Assembly (NCBI GenBank): GCA_051313645.2
Contig: JBNRSN020000058.1
Coordinates: forward strand, 1,054,001-1,118,000
DNA length: 64,000 nt
DNA from: Centroscyllium fabricii
Lineage: Eukaryota
Direction of reading: 5' to 3'
Position 1 is the stretch's first letter; every line of letters begins with the position of its first letter. Below the pieces are notes generated by a model. That model saw only the letters and a list, made by a program, of their open reading frames with translations. It had not been told where the DNA came from and did not search any database. Of this stretch, positions 12,477-25,889 are shown piece by piece. The position numbers and the translations under genes are program-made.

Positions 12477-15400
12477 AATGTTGCCATGAAAAAAAACCTG
12501 AAATTTAACCTGGTGGACAAACTGCAAATTTAAATGGTTAATACAACAGAGCGGACAGACTTGCACTACAAAGTGGTCAGGAAATGAAGAGCATCAGAGC
12601 TGCAATAAGATTGAAAGGCTTGGGGGGGGTTTTAAACAGGGGAGGGGGGGTGGCGAGCGGTGATGAGGAGCAAACTATTCTAACCGTATTGGTTCTTGAT
12701 GTGAAATCTCAGCTTTATTTTTATTTTTTGTCTTGATTGAATCTTCCTGTTTGTAAAGTGCTTGCCTCCGCTCAATTTCACAATTACAAAGCTCCGGAGG
12801 TGATTTTAAATCAACTTTCCATCCTGCAAGAAACATGGTGGCGCTCTTGCATACCTACAACAGTAATCATCTCGTCAGATTTGTTTTTGCTCTGTCTCAA
12901 GAAGTTGTGTTCTGACCTTTATTAGATTCCTGTGTTCTAATCCACAAACACTGACCTTAGACCCAAAATGCCAATCCACAGCTATTTGTGCCATAAAGTT
13001 ATTTAGTTGCAAAATATGCCGACTGCTCAAGATCTAAACAAGTGCGTATGGTGCTGATTTAGTTCTGTATGTCATTAAAGACATTGGATTTTATGCTCTA
13101 CCTGTGACTGAGATACGTACAATAAATAGCAGTGAGAATAAAAGCAGAAGAATGCTTGAAGTACACAGCAAATGTGTTTTCTTATTTTATTTCAACAGTT
13201 GCAGCATTTCATTTTTATCTTTAAATTAAAAAACAGGATGGAAAAAAAGAAAAATGTGCAGTTGTTAAATTACTAACCATGTGTTTCTGTTTAAATCTGC
13301 CTTAAAATCAAAATTAACTACACTTAAACACAATGGCTTTGGCAGTAAAAGGCCTACTTTTCAAAATGCACTTTCCTTAGGAAGCTTAGGACATGTCGGT
13401 ATATCAAAAAGTTTACATAAACGCCAGGTAGAAACGGCAATTATTTCCCTCGCAGTAGGGAAAGCAATCTCTATAAAGTTAACTATACATCTTCTTAAAC
13501 ATAAAAATACAATCTCTCTCCCCCCTTCCCAGCATTCATTTAGCTGAAATGGGAATTTAATGATATGCCCAATACTGTGCTATGTATTTTGGCAAACAAA
13601 ACAAAGACAGGAGAACAAGGCTGACTCTTTTTTATTTTACTGCTGCATAACACTACATTTTAAAAAAAATTCTCTTTAGCCTTTATTTATACTGGCTTCA
13701 CCGCTCTTTATCAGCTAACAACATAAAGACCACAATCTTGTACGGGTTTTGTTCAGTGGATTTACACCTGCTGCTAGTGCAGATCAAAAACTCGGCTCAA
13801 ACTGAAAAACCCAATGTTATATTCCTGGTGTGAAAACACAGAAAGGCAAACCGAAAGACTTTATCTTGTAAAGGATGTTCATAGAAAATGGTGGTGGGGC
13901 AAATTTCTTAAATCTAAAACCAAATTAATATGAAGGATAAAAATCAAAACTTTTTTTTGTTTTCTGGTATTGAAACAAAGCAGTCACATCAGAATCTGTT
14001 AATTCTCAACACATTAAAACCAGTTACACTATCGATTAAAAAAAAACTTCAACAAGCAGTAGTTGTATGAATTGTACTAATGACCAATTTATTTTAAAAT
14101 AGCATGGCATTCATTTTACACTGCATCAAAATTGATATCCCACTCGTTTTATATATATTAGAAAAAGAGATAATGTTGCATTGGTCGGAACTGCAATACC
14201 CACAGCTTTGTCAGAGTGAAGTTAGACTTTCTTGGAAACATTTTGAAAGCAGCTTGCTTCTTATCGGAAACCCAGTCATACTAATAAGCTGCTGGAAATC
14301 CAAGCTTTAAAAAGGAATTACTTTTCCTTTTTATATTTAAAAAACAAGATTAGTCGCTCCGAAAATGTGCGAAATGGTTGGTAATTGCAACCACTCCATT
14401 CTGCCAACCACGTCCATTATTGAACCTTTACAGGATTCAACAGTAGCAATGTTGAAGTCACAAATATAGAACAATGAAACAAGCAATAACTATCTCCAGA
14501 AATGCTTCTGGAAAAAGATTTAAAAGACCCTCCTTGGCCATGAGTGCTTGTAGCTCAACATTTAAATGACACATTTTATATCGTCAGAGGCAGAGTAAAA
14601 TGAGCTTCTAGACAAATATTTTAACTACTACTAGTGGAAAGAAGTAATCACAGATATTTACAAAGATAAAAGTCATGTAACCTCTCACCATAAGAACAGA
14701 TTGAGATGCTAACATTGGTTTCTTTGCCTTTTTTCTTGGAGAAAGAAATGACCATAAAATCCACTAAAACAGAATTCAAGAAAAGTCTGAATAGGTTCAT
14801 TAAGATATTAAATCCAACTAAATGTTTATTGAACAGAGCAATTTTGCTACGCGTTTTTCTGTAACAACTTAAAATCTATTCTTTAAATATTCGAAGTAAT
14901 GATTGCAAAACTGGGTCATTCTACGTTTGTAGTTTTAACAGTCAATCAAATACAGACTGTCACTCTTAAATCAGCTAAAAAGCCTCCAATCCTTTTTTTT
15001 TTAAAGTATCAGCAGGCTTTCAGAAACACAGGGGCACTCCCTAAAAAAAGCAATATTGCAAAAAAACTGCTTCACGTCACTAGATTACTTTAAATCTGGC
15101 ATTCAAAAAAAAACCTCTCTTTAAAAGTATACGAGGCCAAAACAGACGGGAAAAAACCATAACATATTCTTAACTAAATCAACTGCAACCAGAGCCCAAA
15201 CCACATGATGAAAGCCTTGTATCCCAGAATTAGTATTTATTAGAGCAGATTACCGAGCCATTGCTTTCATAAGTTGAGGTATTGCTGGCGAGCTCAGTGA
15301 ATCAGAATACTGGGAAGAATACTTCAGTTGAGTTTTCTCTCTAATTTCATTCTGAAAGAATGGCACTGCCCACAAATATGAATTATGTTTAACTCTTGCC

Positions 15401-17977
15401 ATTAGCATCTCCAGCCACCCATCAGGCCATTTGTTCATTTCATTATTTCGTAGTTTCATTCTGTTGTAATTATTAGTAATCTATTTCCACAGTTTAAAGA
15501 ACTGACTTTAGTAAAATATTCAATACTGTTGGCAGCATGTAAACTTGTTATATGCAACATGTACTGTGCTTTGACTGATACAGTATTGACTTTACAGTTT
15601 AACCATGCTGGTTTATTTTTCTTTTGCTGAGGCTCCTTGTGTGAGAGTATAGGTGCACAAACCATATACTATATTAAAAAAAACATACCATGTGTGATAG
15701 AATAAGATACACAATGAGAAGGTTCACAGGGATCAACTGTCACTGGAGTTGGAAAGATTGGTGGTTTGTTTTCTGATCTACTGCTGCTCCCAACACGACA
15801 TCCTCTTTGTATGTATTTAAATCAAGAGGGTTTACTTATAACGTGCAAGTCTGTTTTTTAAATCTAAAGTGTACATCCATAAGCCTTCTTTGTATCCAGT
15901 GTATGAATACTGACAATCTTGTACAAAGATAATCACAGCCATGATCTCCTGCACTATGAAGTCAGCCTGACTCAACCTCCACCAGACTGGAATCCAACAC
16001 CAGTCAATCCTTGATCCAGCCTCCTGCAGCCCATTTGTGATTCGTCAAAATGGGATCCTTTCGTGTGGGCATCAGGATATTGTATAATAATTTGATGAAA
16101 TGTTTCACCTGTACATTTTCTCCAAACATCACTGCCTAAAGTGTATTGATCTAATAGTTAAGCATGCCTTCAAGACATGACATCATAATATGAATGAGAT
16201 TGTGTCTGGAAAGCAAAATTAATTATAGGTCATGGGTACCTAATTAGATCTAATGGATTTACTGTACTTAACTGCCTCTTGGAATGATTTATGTATGCGT
16301 TATGAAAGCATTGATATTTTATAAAAGGCTATTATCAATAGTTCCACCATTTCTTTCCTTGTGAATTAAAAACAGAATAAACAAGCCATTTTGAGGGACC
16401 TATTTTCTTTATGTTTCTGTGCACAGATAGAACATGTTTATAGACAGCTGCAGGCATTATAAATTGTTCATTACTCCCCTCCACCCCAGTAGCACTTTGG
16501 CTTGGGGGGAGGAGGAGGAGAAGCTATGCCATACAATTTCTCCGGGTATTTTCTCCTTTTGAATGAAGATAAAAACAGGACAAACAACATAGTTACCTTC
16601 TTTTCAGCGCTTTGCAGACAGTCCCTTTGACACAGAAATAGGCAACTAAAAAGCAAAGTTCACGCATAAATGCCACTCATCTTGTAGAGCTCAGCCCACC
16701 CTTTACTCAAAACCTAACTTTCTGACTTTAGAAATTAAATAACGCCCCCCTGCCACTAAACATGTGCGATAAAGTTGTAATTTTACACAGAGCAATGAAT
16801 TGAGCACATTAAACTCTGTGGCCATATTTGTGTGAGAATTTTTCTTCAAAAAATCTGTGACATTTTGCTTTCAAATTACATATAAATAATCATGCAGCAT
16901 TGTTGCTTGCGAAATGTCTCAAATCTTTGCTTTCTCAGCCCCACCACTTACTTGTGTGCACCTATTCATTGGAGGCACAGCAGAAACTAGCTTCAACAGT
17001 TGAGGACTGACTATCTCAGAATAGCATACGTTAAACCGCCTAGTTCCCATCTAAAAAAATTGACAGAATTATTCTTCATTGCACTGCAGAAGAATAAAAT
17101 CAGTTTTCAAAAAAGTTTTTTTGGCAATGACATCAGGAGTATGCTGGCATGTTTCCAAAGATATATGCACAAATCAGGGAGAGTAGAGGTTGGACAGTAA
17201 TTGTGCTTTTTAATGTCAAAGTTATTCCAACTAAAACACAAACAGCAACTTCCTATGAAAAGAAACAACAGATTAAAGATAATTATGTCTTTCCTTCATT
17301 AAAAAACAAAACAAAAATTACAGGCAATAACCCAAGGCTATTATCAAAGTGGAGTGAATAATTAATGTTTACATTTTCTTTCCCCTCCGTTTGCATAAAC
17401 AACTTTCTTTTTTTTTAAATTAAAACATTAGTGTGAATCAATCTTGGTGCCACTTTAGGCATTAACATCCTGCAAATCTTGAACTTCAAGCAGCTCCAGT
17501 TATTTGTCCCTACCCTGGACCACCATGATTTAAATATTTTGGCAATTTTTTTGGTTTTGCATACTTCAAATAAATATAATTAAAACTGTCAAGCGTATAA
17601 GGATCCTAAATCCAGTTTGTGCAGAAAACTTACATTTTAACTTTTTAAGTCTAGTACCTGAGATTTGAGGAACTGAATTACCTTTTCCTGTTCATAAAAT
17701 TTCCTATTCTAGTAGAAGGATTTTATGGCAAACTTGTTACTTTAAGTCTTCTTTGTGTGGAGAAAGTGCAATGGATTTTTTTTATGTAGATGTGCAAAAC
17801 AATGCCAATAAAATCAAAAATTAACTTTAAAATAATCTCTATAAAAATGTCAGGAATCAATAGAGTACATGATGACCAGCAGCATTTGATAATCATTTCC
17901 ATTCATGTGGGGCCCGGTCACCTCAGTTGTGGGATATTTATCACCGCACACTCGAGGCCAAGTAGCATTTCTTATAT

Positions 17978-18310
17978 AGAATCACTGCACCGTTGGAGGT
18001 GCTGCCTTTCAAATGAAAAATTAAACTGATGCTTTGACTGTCTGTTCAGGTGGACATTAAAAATCCTGTGGCATTAATAAAATTAGAGCAATGAGTTTTC
18101 CAGTATCCTGGTCAATGCTCCTCGCTCAATCAGCACCACCTACTACAGATTAACTGATCATTCACCTCATTTACTGTTTGTGGGACCTTGCTGTGCACAA
18201 ATTGTCCGCCGTGTTTGCCTACATAACAACGGTGACTGTATTTCAAAAGTGATTAATTGGCTGGGAAACACTATGGAATGAGACATTACATGAATGAAAA
18301 CTTTCTTTCT
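17978..18310 (+). mobile_element. Deu-domain SINE (SacSINE1/AmnSINE1-like), 5' degenerate
   Basis: ctgcaccgttggaggtgctgcctttcaaatg...caggtggacattaaaaatcctgtggca...tgtttgtgggaccttgctgtgcacaaattg plus tail. Confidence 0.75.
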
Positions 18311-18871
18311 CTACTACCATCCATATACATGCATTTTTTCCAAAAATTTTACATGCAGTTAAAAGTCAGTGTGCGTGCCAAGCTACCGCAGTCTGACCTC
18401 ACTTCCTATCAGCATGTCATACAGAGTTACCTTATCTGACTATTCATCTCTAGCCATATGCTCCAGGCTGCACCCTCTAACTCCAGATTAGAGACAGAAA
18501 TATTGTTTTGTTTCCCACTCTGACCCCACTTCGCAAATCTCCACACATGACAATGGCAATGGCCTTCTCATGACATGTATTGATACCGACTCAGGATTTC
18601 TTACCAAATGATCTGCTAATTGTGCAGCAAGTGAGGCTGATCAGTCTCTCCACTGTTACTTGAGGGGCGATTGTAGCCCTACCCACCCGGGAGACTTATC
18701 CACTGACATCCTGCTCTGTTCCCATTGTCTTCAATTTTAACCTCATCTCTGAGCAGGTGGCAAGGACGCCTGCTTGAAGCCAGTGCATTCCTTCAATAGA
18801 TATGCAGGTCGGGGGTCTGATGACATCATTGGGCCCCGGTGGCTATTTTAATCAGTGGCCTGAGTGAGAAA

Positions 18872-21800
18872 CGGCAGCATAGTGGTTATGTTACTGGACT
18901 AGTAATCCAGAGGCCTGGAGTAATAATCCGATGAAGTCAGTTCAAATCCCACCACAGCAGCTGTGGAATTTAAATTTAGTTAATTAAATGAATCTGGAAT
19001 TAAAAAGCTCTTATCAGTAATGGTGATCATGAAACCATCTGATTCTGGTTCATTAATGTCCTTTAGGGAAGGAAATCTGCCATCCTTACCTGGTCTGGCC
19101 TATATGCGACTCCAGACCCACAGCAATGTGGTTGACTCTTAACTGCCCTCTGAAAAGGCCTAGCAAGCAACTCATTGTACACAACCACTACGAAAACCAA
19201 TAATAAGAATAAAACCAGACGGACCACCCAGTATCGAACCTCGTCACTGGCTTCAGATAAGACAACAGCACACCCAGCCCAGTCGACCCTGCAAAAGTCC
19301 TCCTTACTAACATCTGGGGATATGTGCCAAAATTGAAAGAGTTGTCCCACAGACTAGCCTGACATAGTCATACTCACAGAATCATACCTTTCAGCCAATG
19401 TCCCAAATTCCTCCATCACTATCCCTGAGTAAGTCCTGTCCCACCGGCAGGACAGACGCACCAGAGGTAGCAGCACAGTGGTATTCAGTCGGGAGGGAGT
19501 GGCCCTGGGGGTCCTCAACGTTGATTCCGGACCCCATGAAGTCTCATGGCTTCAGGTCTGCACAGTCCTAGTGGAGACAAAACCACGTCTTCAGGCTGAG
19601 GACACCCTCCATTTTGTTCTGTGGCACTACCACTGTGCTAAATGGGATAGATTCAGAACAGATCTAGCAGCTCAAAACTGGGCATCTGGTGTGGGCCATC
19701 AGCAGCAGCAGAATTGTATTCCACCACAATCTGTGACCTCATGGCCCGGCATATCCCTCATTCTACCATTACCATCAAGCTAGGGGACGAACCCTGGTTC
19801 AATGAGGAGTGCAGAAGAGCATGCCAGGAGCAGCACCAGGCATGCCTACAAATGAGGTGCCAACCTGGGGACTCTGCAACACAGGACTACATGCATGCTA
19901 ATCAGTGGAAGCAGCATGCTATAGACAGAGCTAAGCGATCCCACAATCAACGGATCAGATCAAAGCTCTGCAGTCCTGCCACATCCAGTCGTGAATGGTG
20001 GTGGACAATTAAACAACTAACGGGAGGAGGAGGCTCCATGAATATCCCCATCCTCAATGATGATGGAGCCCAGCTCGCGAGTGCAAAAGACAAGGCTGAA
20101 GCATTTACAACCATCTTCAGCCAGAAGTGCCAAGTGGATGATCCATATCGGCCTCCCCCGGAGGTCCCCATCATCACAGAAGCCAGTCTTCAGCCAATTC
20201 GATTCACTCCACATGATATCAAGAAACGGCTGAGCGCACTGGATACATCAAAGGCTATGGGCCCCGGCAACATCCCGGTTGTCGGGCTGAAGACTTGTGC
20301 TCCAGAACTAGCCGTGCCTCTAGTCTGGCTGTTCTAGTACAGCTACAACACTGGCATCTATCCGACAATGTGGAAAACTGCCCAGGTATGTCCTGTCCAC
20401 AAAAAGCAGGACAAATCCAATCCAGTCAATTACCGCCCCATCAGCCTACTCTCAATCATCAGCAAAGCGATGGAAGGTGTCGTCGACAGTGCTATCAAGT
20501 GGCATTTACTCACCAATAACCTGCTCACCAATGCTCAGTTTGGGTTCTGTCAGGACCACTCGGCTCCCGACCTCATTACAGTCTTGGTCCAAACATGGAC
20601 AAAGGAGCTGAATACTAGGTGTGGTGAGAATGACTGCCCTTGACCTCAGGGCAGCATTTGACCAAGTGTGGCAACAAGGAGTCCTACTAAGATTGAAGTC
20701 AATGGCAATCAGGGGAAAACTCTACATTGGCTAGAGTCATACCGAGCACAAAGGAAGATGGTTGTGGTTGTTGGAGATCAATCATCCCAGCTTCAGGATA
20801 TCGCTGCAGGAGTTCTTCAGGGCAGTGTCCTAGGCCCAACCATCTTCAACTGCTTCATCAATGACCTTCCCTCCATCATCATCATGTCAGAAATGGGGAT
20901 GTTCGCTGACGATTGCAGTATTCAGTTCCATTTGCAACTCCTTAGCTAATGAAGCAGTCCATGTCCGAATGCAGCAAGACCTGGATGACATTCAGGCTTG
21001 GGCTGGTAAGTGGCAAGTAACATTCTCGCCACGTAAGTGCCAGGCAATGACTATCTCCGAACAAGCGAGAGTCTAACCACCGTCCCTTGACATTCAATGG
21101 CATTACTATTGCTGAATCCCCCACCATCAACATCCTGGGGGTCACCATTGACCAGAAACTTGACTGAACCAGCCACATAAATACTGTGGCTACAAGAGCC
21201 GGTCAGAGGCTAGGTATTCTGTTCTGAGTGCCTCACCTCTTGACTACCCAAAGCTTTTCCACCACCTACAAGGGACAAGTATGGAGTGTGATGGAATACT
21301 CTCCACTTGCCTGGATGAGTGCAACTCCAACAACACTCAAGAAGCTCGACACCATCCAAGACAAAGCAGCACGCTTGATTGGCGTCCCATCTGTCACCTT
21401 CAACATTCACTCCCTGCACCACCGCCGCACCGTGTCTGTAGTGTGTACCATCTACAAGATGCACTGCAGCAACTCGCCAAGGCTCCTTCGACAGCACCTC
21501 CCAAACCTGCAACCTCAACCACCTAGAAGGACAAGGGCAGCAGGCGCATGGGAGAAACATCACCTTCAGGTTCCCCTCCAAGTTAAACCCCATCCTGACT
21601 TGGAAGTATATTGCCGTTCCTTCATCGTCACTGGGTCAAAATCCTGCAACTCACCCCCTAACAGCACTGTGGGAGTACCTTCACCACGCGGACTGCAGCA
21701 ATTCAAGGTGGCGGCTCACCACCACCTTCTCAAGGGCAATTAACGATGGGCAATAAATGCTGGCCTCGTCAGCGATGCCCACATCCCAGGAACGAATAAA
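18872..21800 (+). mobile_element. ORF1-less non-LTR retrotransposon (CR1/L2-group APE-RT) with tRNA-like 5' head; degenerate, with an internal deletion
   Basis: A-box-like gcatagtgg and B-box gttcaaatcc at the 5' end. APE N-terminus (TNIWG..PDIVILTESYL) near 19305. RT motifs NYRPISLLSIISK, QFGF, QGSVLGP, FADD. Tail gggcaataaatgctggcctcgtcagcgatgcccacatccc..aataaa. Possible AGAAA TSD. Confidence 0.9.
19290..21743 (+). pseudogene. Fragmented endonuclease/reverse transcriptase ORF of the tRNA-headed LINE
   Basis: ORFs 19478, 19714, 20368, 20668, 20861 and 21228 join into an APE-RT protein with stops and frameshifts; much of the endonuclease is deleted near 19560. Confidence 0.9.
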
Positions 21801-23807
21801 AGAAAGGCAGGAAACTGACAGAGGGCTTGCAGTTGAGATGTGGGAGTTAAAATCACCTGGGCGTAATGCTGCCGAGGCCAGGGGGTTTGGCACTCAGCCT
21901 CCACCCCCGATTCCAGCTCCAGGTTAAAATAGGGGCTTTGACGTTCCAATGGCATCCCAGCTGAAATTAAACAACATTCATCCGAACACCCAGCAGAAGA
22001 CTAAGTCAGTCATTAAGATTCTGATCTGGCATCAACCAGATGGTTAATAAGGGCTACATCTTCCTTACCATTTGGATTGTCCTAATTTTGGGGATTCTCA
22101 TCAATGGCCTTGCTACGTCAGGTCTGATTCACAATCTGTACAATTCCACACAGGTAAATTGTCTCTTAAAGTCTCCCATGATTATTTACTGTATTTTTTT
22201 CCCAAAAGACTTGTTACCCTGTTGGAAAGTTATTTTCTTTAATCTGTATGCTGTCCTGTGCCACATTACACCTTGACGACTAATAACATGTAACATGTGA
22301 CCTGGGTGTTGCTGTACATCCAGGTGCCTGCAGGTGTGGAACAGCGGCATATGCTGACTCACCTGTCAATCCTTCCTCTTTTTGAAGCAACGTCTTCACA
22401 CAATTGGCAATTCCTCAGATGGTTCAGTCTGGTGGGCTTGGGAAATCACAAGAGAAATTGGGGGTTGTGGGGGGTGGGCGTGATGTGCCTACCATAATGT
22501 ATTTCAATTTAATAAACCAATCCAGTATACCATACGGAGTAGTTTCTGGACCTAACAAAACTCTTCCACGCAACTTCAACAAAATTGCGACAATGCTTGA
22601 CCGTTGACCCAGATTCCGGCACTGATGACTGTTGTGTAACACCATACAAAATACAGCATTTACATCTTTGAGCACTTATATATACGATGAACAAAGTTTG
22701 TAGCAACTAATCCTTGACTTTTGTGAATGGCGGTTAACGGGGTCTTAATAACAAATCTTTTATTAATTAGATGAATATATGTTAACCGTGGCTTAATTTT
22801 ATTTGGGAAGACAAAAAGGGACCAATTTGAAGTTAATTACTGAAGTTTTTGGAGCATTTTGAAGAAAGATGCAACGGATTTAAATTCCTGGGCAAGTCTG
22901 TGTTGTATAGAGTATCACATATTATGCAAATGAAATGTTAATTTGGGGAACTCGGAATTAAATATGCTTGTGTAAACTGGTCTATTGGTAGTGAGCTGTG
23001 GGAATCTGGACAACTGTGTTTTTAAAAAAGGCAGCTGTACTAACTCCCACTGAAAGCATGGCAGAGATCGCTTTCATGTCTTTACAATTTGTGTTTATGA
23101 GGTGATAACATTTTTACAAATGCCATCATTTTTGCTTTTTTATATTGCAAGTGACAGACCGACATTTTACAACAGGCTTACAGAAAACAAGAATTGAGCG
23201 CTCTGTCTGTAACGGACATTAACTGTTGAATAGAGATTCATATGCAAATGAGGCAAGGGGCTGAAGAAACTTTCACTCAATGCTGCACATCAGGTCTGAC
23301 CAGCGATGACTGCAAAACCAAAGGAGGACAAGGAATAAAAAAAGCTGATATTGGGGTTAAGCCAGATTTAAGTAACTGGAAGCTTGCTGGATTCTCAATT
23401 AACCTGTTCTTTCCATCAAGGCTTTCTTCAAAAATTGTGTTATTTTCAACCAGTCTGCAGCAACCACTGAATCAATTGTTGAAAATCTGTCAACTTGCAA
23501 TGTCTTTCACCAAGATTAAAAATGAGCTATTTTCAATATTTGACATCTCAAGCATTTTAATTACTTCCTCAAACGTTGGTCTTTTCTGAGACCAACAGGG
23601 GACTTAGCTAAATGCCTGTGCACAGTAGTGCATCTCTGCCACTCCATAATGGAAATTGTCACAAGCCATCCAACTTCAGCCAGAAAACAAGCCAATTGCC
23701 TTATCACATTATAGTGCACTGGTGAGAAGGATTACCCAACATATGTATGGATACACAAACAGTAGGGTTTCTGCCCATACAGTTTTGCATTGTAACGGCC
23801 ATTTATT

Positions 23808-24565
23808 GGGGGGGATTTTCATGTCCCCGTGAGGCGGAGTTTTCGGCGGCTCGGCCGGCAAAATAGCACAACCAGTGGGTCACGATCCCCCCGCTGTATC
23901 CCTGCCACTTTTACATTTTCCCCCACCCTGATTCCCCGCACCGAAACCTTCCCGCTGCCGGCCGGCGGGGATGGGTTGTCACCTCGTTAAGGGCCCTTAA
24001 TTGACATGTTTAATGCCATTTTAAGGGCCCTCAGCCATTTTGAGCTGTTTCCTGCCCTAACCCCGTCACCTTAAACCCCGCTGGGTGAAACCCAGTGGGA
24101 GCACAGCGCTGGTTATAACTTTCTCCTTCAAGGTGTGAAGGACATGCTGCCAAATGCTTGGCATGCCTCCAGCACCTTAGAGGAGTAAGTTACTCCGTTC
24201 TGTCTGCAGCAGCTGTGAGCAAAAACGGAGACATCTCACCTCTGCACATTTGCTCAAGGATTCTGAGCCCGCCCGCCCACCTGTCAGTCACCAGCACTTG
24301 ACCTTTCCCATTGGTTCCACTCGACTGTGATGTCACAGTGGAGTGTTTCCATGGGAACTGTCAACAACCAGTGCTGGAACTGTCAATCAAACTCCTCGCG
24401 AGCCCGACTGGATTGAGTTAATTACCACCCGCTGCCGCCAGCGGGGATTTAACAACCCAATTAAATTTAAATTGTGTGGCCTTCCCAGCTGTTTGGGCGA
24501 GCGGGACAGCAAGCCGCCCCGACCAATCCCCGCCAGGTTCCCGCCCTTCCGGCCACGTCCCCCCC
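23808..24565 (+). mobile_element. Harbinger-type MITE family A copy 2
   Basis: Perfect ATT TSD (23805-23807 / 24566-24568); G-run and C-run termini; colinear with the 4003 copy. Confidence 0.85.
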
Positions 24566-24888
24566 ATTGAGTGGGCTGTCCATAAATTTCTAAAATAGAA
24601 AGTGGTCATCAAATCCTAAAAATCACATCCCATGGGTGTGGGAGGGCTAAATTGTGCTGGAGTTGTGGCAGGTGAGAGGACTTAAATTTGGGGGGAGGTG
24701 TGTGGAATCTAGATATGTCACGTTTCTACCCGTACACGTACAATAAATCCCAGAATGGTGGCAGGGCATATACTTTTGCTGCTCATCCCCCTACATCCCA
24801 GCAGCAGTTTGTGGGAGTGTTGGGGTTCTTCCAGGAATCCTGCTAGATACACCCAAGTGGTGCAGTGGAACCTACATCAGCAGACATA

Positions 24889-25611
24889 GGGGGGCATTTT
24901 CATGTCCCCGTGAAGCGGGGATTTGGGCGGCTGGGAGGTGAAAATAGAAAATGTTGGGGTCCCGCCCCAGCCCGCCAGATCCCCGCCGGTTTTGCATTTT
25001 TGGATGGCCACTTTCCCCGCCCCGAATCCTTCCCACCGGCGGCCGGCGGGGATGGTTGTTGAGGTTGTTAAGGGCCCTTACTTGGCATCTATAATGCCAT
25101 TTTAAGGGCCCTTAGCCATTTTTAGCCGTTTCCCACCCATTCTACGTCACCTTAAACCTGTCTCCTCAAGGTGTGAAGGAGATGGTGAAAAATGCTTGGC
25201 ATGCCTCCAGCACCTTAGAGGAGTAAGTTACTCTGTGGTGGGTGCACCAGCTGTGGGCAAAAACTGAGAAATCTCAGCTTTGCACATTTCCTCACAGCCA
25301 TGCCGAGCGGTCAAGGATTCACAGCCCGCCCGCCCACCTGTCAGTCACCAGCACTTGCCCTTTCCCATTGGTTCCACTTGACTGTGATGTCACTGTGGAG
25401 TGTTTCCATGGGAAGAGTCAACAACCAGTGCTGGAACTGTCAATCAAACTGTTCGAGCCCCGCTGCAGCCCCGACTCGATTGATTCAATTACCACCGGCG
25501 GGATTTAACAACTCAAATTGCGTGGGGTTCCCAGGTCTTTGGCCAGGCGGAACAGCAACCCGCCCCGACCAATCCCCACCAGGTTCCCGCACTTCCGGCA
25601 AAATCACCTCC
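24889..25611 (+). mobile_element. Harbinger-type MITE family A copy 3
   Basis: ATA/ACA TSD; colinear with copies 1 and 2 with a small internal deletion. Confidence 0.85.
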
Positions 25612-25889
25612 ACAGGTTCTATTTTGGACCTACTGAAGCTCCCCGGTGACAAATCCAAACGTAACTGATGACCGAGGATTCAATTATCACAATGGCCCTT
25701 CCTTCAATATCAAATAAATTAAAAATGTTATCCCACCTCAATCTCCAGACCCAACCGCTTCTGACTCCCCCTCTCACTACGGCAGGGTGCCACTCTAAGG
25801 TCACACTGCTTCCATCAGGCACCCCTGTTGTGTGGTACAGGTATTGGTACCTTACACTATTATTTAAATGACCACGTTCATATTATTTA

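Larger units (their letters stand above)
18664..21936. mobile_element. Degenerate Harbinger-type MITE (18664-18871 and 21806-21936) split by the LINE insertion
   Basis: The GC-rich flanks share gggtctgatgac..tcat and attttaac motifs with the element at 32725; ends ggttaaaataggggc. Confidence 0.45.
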
